A stretch of 44,812 nt of DNA from a virus (taxonomy: Duplodnaviria; Caudoviricetes), in the IMG/VR virus record IMGVR_UViG_3300021197_000621, positions 1 through 44,812 of that record, one strand, 5' to 3'. This document shows positions 1-8,400 of the stretch, in pieces; the stretch's first letter is position 1; each line of letters starts with the position of its first letter. The notes below the pieces were generated by a model that was not told the origin of the DNA, searched no databases, and saw nothing but the letters and a program-made list of their open reading frames with translations. A program made the position numbers and the translations under genes.

Positions 1-13
1 ATGCTGTAATCAT
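1..13 (-). CDS. 5' end (first codons) of the holin-like gene that continues at 44812..44349 across the circular junction
   Basis: Minus strand reads AGGTGG-tatc-ATG ATT ACA GCA T; joined to the window end it gives in-frame MITALISTVAGLVSGSVPTLLK... Confidence 0.85.
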
Positions 14-25
14 GATACCACCTAT

Positions 26-2446
26 TTAAGTAATTGTTCCCGCTTGAGCATCTATGTGCCACACACCGTCTTGATAACAGCGGAGGTCTACCGAAGCTCC
101 CGCACTAAGGGACTTAGACATAGTCCCGTCTGTAAATTGGTCAGCAGTAGCCACTGTTACGGCGAAAGACGAAGTAGCCCTGACGCGGTGCGTTATGCCT
201 TTTCTAGCAGCAGGGAGGATGTCAGTTCTGATCCCAGTAGCGCCCGTGTTAGTCACCACAATATCGGTCAGCTTATCTTCCCACGCCTTATTCCCTGTGG
301 TCAGATCAAAACCATTGACCTTATTACGGTCAAACTCAATGTCACGATTGACCCACGAATTATCGTCGAAGTATAGTTTCTCGACGTTAGTCCTGTTGGC
401 CATCACGTCAGCATCAATAAGATTCGCCCCACTAAACGAAACGAATTGCAAGTCATTAGAGCTACCAATAGATGGCGCTGAGATCAAAAGTTTGTTATCT
501 CTGATATCGGCACCTGTGATGTCAAAGTTTTCAGCCCACAGTTGAATAGCTGCAACGGAGTTAGCACCGGTTGTTAGGTCAGGGTACGAGATGTTCATCT
601 CATTCTCGATAAACCTAAAACCCGTCACGGCTTCTGCTGATGCTCTCACCCTCCCGGCCTGCGCCGTGTTAACGTCGAAATTGTTTGCTATCACTATGAC
701 TTTGTTGTTAACAAGTGCTACGTTGGACGCGTTTTCAACCTCGAACCAAAGAACAGAACCAGACGATTGGTCAATGTAAATCAGGTTGTCTGAGAAAAGC
801 ATGTCATCACCGGAAAAAGCTCTTAGCCCGCAATTCCGCAGGGTGTTGTTTGATATAAGCGCGTGTTCATCCGTGCAAGATATACCGATAACCTTAATCG
901 ACGCATCCTCATTCACGATGGTGTTACCTATGCAAGTAATATGCTGACCTGTAACTTGACCTGCGTCACCCTCGGGTCCGCCCTTGAAATTAATACATCC
1001 GTCATTAGACACACCCTGATTCAACACAGTGTTGCCATTGCAGGTTACAATGTCAGCCTTGAAGTAGTAAGTCTCACAGGCTTCTGCTGCTACGTGAGTC
1101 ACACCGCTCGCTATATTCCCTGTCGCGGTGACTTCTCGACCATAGACAATGAATGCGTGAGTTTCACGATTAAAGTCGTTAACAATTCCATCAAATATGT
1201 TGTCAGAAATGATGATCTTCTGTGTCTCAAGTGCTGTGGCTCTCTGGTTATTACCAATCTTGATACCTTGACAAGATTGGTCAAGTAAGGTTCTGTGAAG
1301 ACTCTTAAATCGGTTCCTGGTGAACCGTCCGTTTTTAACTGCACCAAGCAGGTGAATTCCTAATTCTGAATACTCAACTGTAACACGATCTACTATAGCG
1401 ACATCAATGGATGAGGTCAGATCGTTGATTGTTTGCAATCCTGCACCCTCACCTAGTGTGAAATCTCGCAAATATAACTCTGTAACAGCATCACTCAGGG
1501 TTATAGCTGAACTTCTATTAGCCGGTTGCAATTTACCAGTGCCAAGTATACTCAGCACACTCGTATCGACTGCGAGACTGCCGTCAAATAGATAAGTTCT
1601 CCCTGTAGTGTCTACTGTGTAACCCGCATTAATCATATAAGTCAATACATCGATATCGTCAGTAATACCATCACCAGAAGCACCAAGTACGGCAGGTTTT
1701 GCAACAGCACCCTCAATACGGAGTTTCAATGCTAAAGAGAGTACGCCTGTACATTGAACAACGTCATAAGTGTTTGGTGTGACTGTTGATACAAGTACCA
1801 CATCCCACATCGCGCCGCCGCCAGACCCAGACACTCGCTCTTTCACGTTACATGCTTGGTTCAGCTTCAGGCTGGTGTCAGTGATCGCGGCGTTCAATGT
1901 TGAATAGTTTACGACAGGCTTGTCAGCCGCGATCTCTTCATTACTAACAGTAGACGGGTCATAGTTCTCCAGACCGTCCCCGTCACCATTCCAGCGCACT
2001 GCCAACCCCGCCGACGGGTCGGCCAGTGACAGTGGCAGTGTACCCGCGTAAGAGTCGCGTAAACGCGGCGACCGGTCGCCCGAGTCACAGATCTGTTGAG
2101 CCAGAAAGGTCAGTTGGTCCATCGCGTCCTCGTGCAGGTCTGGGAAGAAAGCCCCCTGGGACTGGAACGCAGTTAATTGAGTCTTTTTATAGTCAGCTTT
2201 GATGTACCATGTAAACCCTGAAGGCAAAGCCCCTGCCACACGTGTGATGGTGCCACCTGAGTCGACCCCGACACCCGCGACAGTGAAGTCCGTGTCTACA
2301 GTCAATTCGGTCACGACATTGAGGTCCGAGGATTCAAACACGACTAATTGCGACTTGTCGACTACACGGAACCCGTAGCTGAACGTATCAGCGATGTCGT
2401 TACCCTCGTAAGGTCCTGCTGTGATTTTTGTGGTATTAACTGTCAT
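26..2446 (-). CDS. Tail spike/fibre: podovirus tail-anchoring N-terminus plus parallel beta-helix (pectin-lyase-like, putative depolymerase)
   Basis: 806 aa; N-terminal PYEGND..F.YGF and FFPDLHEDAMDQL typical of T7/BPP-1-type fibre anchors; GASGDGITDD motif followed by N/I/V-rich beta-helix repeats; last gene of the tail block. Confidence 0.85.
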   Translation of the reverse strand: MTVNTTKITAGPYEGNDIADTFSYGFRVVDKSQLVVFESSDLNVVTELTVDTDFTVAGVGVDSGGTITRVAGALPSGFTWYIKADYKKTQLTAFQSQGAFFPDLHEDAMDQLTFLAQQICDSGDRSPRLRDSYAGTLPLSLADPSAGLAVRWNGDGDGLENYDPSTVSNEEIAADKPVVNYSTLNAAITDTSLKLNQACNVKERVSGSGGGAMWDVVLVSTVTPNTYDVVQCTGVLSLALKLRIEGAVAKPAVLGASGDGITDDIDVLTYMINAGYTVDTTGRTYLFDGSLAVDTSVLSILGTGKLQPANRSSAITLSDAVTELYLRDFTLGEGAGLQTINDLTSSIDVAIVDRVTVEYSELGIHLLGAVKNGRFTRNRFKSLHRTLLDQSCQGIKIGNNQRATALETQKIIISDNIFDGIVNDFNRETHAFIVYGREVTATGNIASGVTHVAAEACETYYFKADIVTCNGNTVLNQGVSNDGCINFKGGPEGDAGQVTGQHITCIGNTIVNEDASIKVIGISCTDEHALISNNTLRNCGLRAFSGDDMLFSDNLIYIDQSSGSVLWFEVENASNVALVNNKVIVIANNFDVNTAQAGRVRASAEAVTGFRFIENEMNISYPDLTTGANSVAAIQLWAENFDITGADIRDNKLLISAPSIGSSNDLQFVSFSGANLIDADVMANRTNVEKLYFDDNSWVNRDIEFDRNKVNGFDLTTGNKAWEDKLTDIVVTNTGATGIRTDILPAARKGITHRVRATSSFAVTVATADQFTDGTMSKSLSAGASVDLRCYQDGVWHIDAQAGTIT

Positions 2447-2471
2447 GTGGCACCTCGAAATAGTTGGTTAA

Positions 2472-2480
2472 AGTCTATCA
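2472..2480 (-). promoter_or_regulatory. Possible extended -10 promoter for the tail spike
   Basis: Minus strand TG-A-TAGACT in the intergenic gap, followed by GAGGTG RBS and ATG at 2446. Confidence 0.3.
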
Positions 2481-5400
2481 TCACTTTCTCTCTGGGCCAA
2501 ATAGGAGCTGATGCATAGTGAATTCTTCGCCCTCTGCAATAACGTCATACAGGTGCTCCCCCGTAGCCCACGCCTGCCCTGTGCCTGGTATGCCGACCGC
2601 CGCACCGATGAACTTTGTGGCCCCTTTCACCTGTCCCTTAGTGATGTCCTCATCAGTAAATCCCCGCTCTACTACCTGCGGTATGGTTCGAGTACCTTGT
2701 TCAATGATAGACTGCATCGGTGATATGTTGTACCCGAAATCACCCGTGACGGCGTTGGCGATGTCGCGAACAAAAGGCACTGACTGGACTGGATACATCG
2801 CTGTCTTAGTCAACATGGTCTGTAGCAACTCCTCAGGCTCTTCGTCCTCTTTCGCAAACTCTCCGCGCATCATCATCTCAAACAGCACTGGTATGGTGAA
2901 CAAGAACATCGCTTTAGCTGCCACACTCGTCGTTGAGTAAGCGCCCGACTTAGCGCCTTTCACCAGATCACGCTCCAGATTCCACAACGAACTAAAGAAC
3001 GTCATAAACATGGTAAACATGCGGCCTGTCTCGCTTTGTCCACGCATGATACGGGCTAGGTCCTTAGTGGCACCGGAACCTTGTACGTTCTCGATCACCC
3101 AGTCAGCGTACTGGAACGACCGTGTCTCGTCCCCCCAGTCTTTCATGCCTTTGATGTAAGCCGCATGCCAACTTGGTAGATCCACCATGTAGGTCTGGAT
3201 CAGTGCGATGTGCTTCATGGATGCCTCTTGCGTAGCAGCCAACAGACCCCGTTTACTCTCAAGGCGTTTCATGGCGTTCTTGATCTCGCGGTCCATTGTC
3301 TGCGCACGATGTTCGAGCACCTTAGAGTTTTCGATGGCAAAATCCCACGCCTGCTTGATAGTTGTCTCGCTACCTAAGATGCTGCGCATTGACTGCATGG
3401 TGTTAGCCATACCCACCTCAGCGATGGTGTTAGGCAGGCCACTGATCTGGATGATACCTGTGGAAGCTTTGAACCCCATCGCGCCCAGTGTCACACCAAA
3501 CCGTAAACGCTGCAGGATGTCATCCCAGAACATTTTAGTCGGTGCTTCTCGGCCATCTTTGGCAATGTCGTTTAACCAGGGCTTCAGTTGTGCATACTCT
3601 TCAGGCCCTAGTTTTTCCTTGATAGTTTTAGCCACACGCGAGTCACGGGTCAACCTGTTGATCTCACGAACAGGATCATGGTGCGTGATGTAGTGAATAG
3701 TTTCTTGGAAGTGAGCAGGCACCACGTCAAGACTCAACCTGATCGCATCATAAAACCCTGTACGCTCGTTTGTTGAGCCAGTGTTCACCGAGGTCTGTAT
3801 ACTCGCGTTGTTGCTGAACATGGACTCAGTCTCAGCATTCAGACGATCTTCGTTCTGAGCTGCTTTAATGCTGCGGTTAGGGTCATACTTAACAGGATAG
3901 TACCCACCCCTGAAAGTCCCGAACCGTGTCTCAACAGGGGTCGACTCAACCTTCGGAGGTGTTAGTCCTGTGGTACGGCGATGCACTTCAGCAAGTTGAG
4001 GGTAAAGCGTCCCCATCTGATCCCAGATAGACTGAACCATCTGCCAGTCGGACTCTGTCATGTGACTCAGTACCGCCTGAAGCTTAGGATTTTGCAGCGT
4101 GATCTCAGTGTCAACATCAGGGTCAGCCCACTTCTCACCGAGTAATAACTTTCTGAGGTTACCAGCGTTACCTGTGTTCAGTGCCACAGCGAGGATCTGG
4201 TGCCCGTAAAGGTTGTCGTCAATCGCAGGGATGTAGATCTTACGGTTGTGACGTGCCATGTCTGCCTTGCTGCGGCCTTCAATGAGATCCATGACCGGCT
4301 TACCTGACTTCTCCCACAATTCTATTTCAGCGTTGTACGCATCGGTGAAGGGTTGAACGAGCACTTGGTGACTAAGGCCTGCACGCTCGCCGCCGTCCAA
4401 CCATGACGCCATAAAAGGGATCTTAGTCATCTGAGCCATCAACCAGCGACCCCACTTCTTGCCTTCCACCACATCAGTACGTTTCGACTTAAATCGTGTT
4501 TTGACGTTCTCGTCCATACTGGTGACCCAGCGGTCAACTAACTTGTTGAACTCGATCTCTTCGCCCATACGGGTCAATTTGTTAGCGTAGCGTGCAACGT
4601 GCTCTATGTTTTTCACAGAGTCATTGATGCCCTGTAAGTCACTGTGTGCAACGTTTTTCCAGTGGGTAACATACGATTCATTCAGCACAGCGTTGTGCAG
4701 TACCAGACCATCACCATCGACATCCATGCGCTCACGAGCCCATGTGTTTATGTCCTGGTTAACTTGGTCGACCTCGGTCAGTGTTGCTGACTTTTTGAAT
4801 TCAAAACGTTCAAGGATCTTGACAATCTGATCCCAGTAACCACCTTCAGCTTTCATGATCTCCTCACGAACCTTCTTCTTACTGTAACGGTTCATACGAT
4901 CAACGATTTTGACGGTCTCGTTCTTCGCTTCGGTTGCCGCCATGCCTAAGTAATAATTCAGGGCTTGACGAGTTTTAGCTTGTGCAGCGCCATCTTTGTT
5001 ACCTTCGGCCAGCATACGCGCAGCCTCCTGCGCTGCGTTGATCTCAGCTTTTCGATACTTACCTGGGTGGATCTCTCTGAATGACAGGTTACCGATACGC
5101 TCGGCTGCAATTGACTTCATCGTCTGTGCGTCAAGGGTTCGCTGGTTCGTGCCACGTGCTAGGACTCGAAGCTCATGCAGTATTAACTTGCCGCGCTCCT
5201 CATTCTGCACCGCTTCGTCAGCTTGACGTTCGATGGTGCCGTCAGTGAACACGTCACCGTGGCGTTCAACCATTAACGCCTCAGCATTAGCCTCCGCGGT
5301 CTCTTTGATAGGAGGTGCCGCCATCAGGTCAGCGAGCATCTCTGAGCCTGAGTCATACCCGAAGAACGCAGCAGCTTCATCTGGGTGGACTCCTTTCTGA

Positions 5401-8400
5401 CCTTTGGCTGTCATGCCGATAAGTTTACCCGGTATGTGTACGGACGTGCGACCCAGTTTGTTGGTGCGCTCTTCGCCCGCCATCTCTTTGACTGTGGCGT
5501 GATCAAGTTTGAGGTCGCCATCACGTAAGCGTGCAGCGGACGTGTACACACGCTCGCCTCGCAGTTTGGCTAGTTCTTCGTCAGCTAAATCAGATCTCTC
5601 TTCCTTCCACCATTGTTTAGTTTTGCGCGTTAGAGCCTTGATCATCTGATCACGCAGGGTCTCGGTCTGGACATCCTTGACCTTCTCCTGACGTTTCTGG
5701 TAATCAGAGAACTCTTCTTCAGTCATACCCGCCATCGCTGCGTCGGTGAACATCGGCCCAACGCGTGCGCGGGACTCTGCTGCTGCGATCTGCTCTTCTG
5801 TTGCGAGTAAACGATCAAACACTTGACGCATCTCAGCGTCCAGCTTCACGTTCAGGTTGCCGCGCAGTGCTTGATATATTTGACCCAGCCAACGAGCGAA
5901 GGTTCTGAAGGCGTTACGCAGCTCGATACTCGGTGCGTTGCCCTCCATCAGATACGTCTCGAATCCTCGTGCAAACTGCTCATGTACAGCACGACGTACC
6001 GCAGCATCTTTGTCGGAGCTACCCGTCGCACCCGAGTCGAGGTAGTTCACCACATCAGCTTCTGTGACTGTCTGCTGTGACTCAGTTGAGCGTTCGCCCT
6101 GCTTCAGTGGGTCGTACTGACCATTGAGATACTTGGTGGCCTCAGCAGCTACTTCTTCAGAGTTTCGCTTGTACCAGTTGTTAATGCCCTGATTCAGCTC
6201 AGTGTTACCTGTCGCCTCCATCTCGTACATGAAGTGGGCAAACTCATGCAGGAACGTCGACAAGTCAGCCGACTCAGTCAACCTGATCACACTGTTAGCC
6301 GGGTCATAATAGCCACGTGCAGCACCTGTGTCGGGTTGTTGCTTGAATATGTCAGGGTCTGTGGGGTCGAACGCCCCTAAGTTCTGCGCAGATTTGATCT
6401 GTTCGGGGAAGAAAGCCACATATATGAGGGGATCACTGGCACCACCGCTGCCGCTGAACCCTCTTGATACCACACCGTCGTGTCCTGTCACTTCTTGTGC
6501 AGCACGGTTAACGATCTCTACGTCAACACCCGCACCCACCATGCTACTGAGCTGGTCAAGCGCGGTGTCACTCTCCATGAGACCAGCCGCTTGGCTCACA
6601 ACAGCGTCCAGACCTTCGAAATTTACATCGCCGAAATTAGACAGAAATCCGTCCGATATACTGATACCCTCGGCTGCCACCTCCATCTCGGCGACTTTCG
6701 TAATGAGGTCTCGGAGTTGCTCGTCCCTAAAACCTTCCTGGTCAAACTCAATAGGGTTCTGTATCGACAGATAAACTTCGAGCGTAGCGCCCCCGTCCGA
6801 ATACCCATCTGCTACCGATTTCGAAGGTGTGAAGTAGAACCCCGCGCCCTCCGCTCTGCCCTGCTGCCCTATTCGCGAGTAGTCAAACACAAAAGAGTCG
6901 TCTACTGTCGCACGAGTCCCGTGGTACACCTTCAAAGGTTTACCATCCTCGCTTACCACAGAATCCCCAAACCACTGGGTAAACTCTCTCGTACTGGTGT
7001 CGGCCTCTTCTCGGTCCGCGATACCTATGATGTCGGCAGCTTCGACCAATTGAGGCTCTACTTGAGGCTCTACTTGAGGCTCTACTTGAGGCTCTGCTTT
7101 CCGCTGAGCACTGCGTATTCTGTTTTTCAGGAATGTTCTGGCCTCAAACTCGTCGACCTTGGTGATGTCACCGGTTTTATTGTGGACACGATACAGAGTG
7201 CCGTCGGCCAACATGTAACTCGTTTTAATGCGATTGTGGAAGCCCAGCACGATTGACTTACCGGATTCCTCTTTAACTTGATCGACGTGAGGGAAAGTCT
7301 CTTGATCAAACTCAGTGAACAGCGGGGTCCCTGCATCCACTCGGACGGCGGCAACAGCTAGTTGCTGATTGTCCATGTCAACCAGCGCGGCGTTGTCAAG
7401 CGGTGCCTGCGCAAACACTTCAGGCCGCTTAGGTTCTCTGAACAGGGACTCACTGATCTCGAAATCTGTGTTCTTGCCTTTGTTATCCACGAACCCCACG
7501 TTTTTGTAGAAAGACTTAAGCCTTGGTAGTGACCCGCCAAAATCTTTGCTAGGCGTGAGCGCGACGGTCTTACCGGTCTGATCAGCCCAGTCGAGGATGC
7601 GCTGCATAACCTGAGACCCTGTGCCTTGTCCGCGCCGATCTTCAGGCACGATGATCTTGTTCAATGTCACAGTGTTACCTGTTCCATTCAGTGACAGCTT
7701 CAATCCTTCGAACTCGTTAATCAAAGATGTTTGCAATTCGCGTGCGGATTGAGCGACAGGTACTTGTGTAAACTGTTCGCCCTGTTGAGAGATCTGGCCT
7801 TTATCGAATACGAAGAAAACATCACTTGTGATAGCACCCTCACCACGCTCACTGACCACAGCGGCATCCTTCATGCCTTTGAAGATGATGCCATCGTTAC
7901 CTGCTTGCTGAGCTTCATCTATGGCGTTGTTGATTGCACCCTCATCAATCTCCGCGTCAGGGTCAAATGTAACCGTCAGCGGGTTGTCAAGTTGCAAGTC
8001 GACCTCTTTGGTCTCGCCCTTGGTGAAGTGCACATCGCCAATCTTACGACGAATGACTGAGTCGATGCCTGTGCGCTCCTCAAGTCCTGCCTCACCAAGG
8101 TCATCCTCAAGCGCTGAGACAATATCGTCGACAGCCTGACCCATGTCATCAGGGTCGATCGGTGTGATGTCGTCAAGACCCGACTCTACATACAGCGCTG
8201 TGATCTCTTCAGGGGTCAGGTCACGGATCGCCTGTTCGATTGCTGGTATGTCAGCAGTCTGTCGCTCTGCTTCAGTACGGAACTGATCAGCTAGCTCTTG
8301 ACTTGATGTGAAGAAAAACCCTTTGCCAGCGGACTCTGCCCCCGTGAATGCGCCTAGCTTAGACTCGTCGAACTCATCGAAACGCGTACCAGTGCCGTGG

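Noticed and set aside
26-2446. Diversity-generating retroelement, expected from BPP-1-like structural genes
   Set aside because: No reverse transcriptase ORF and no TR/VR repeat pair differing at adenines was seen
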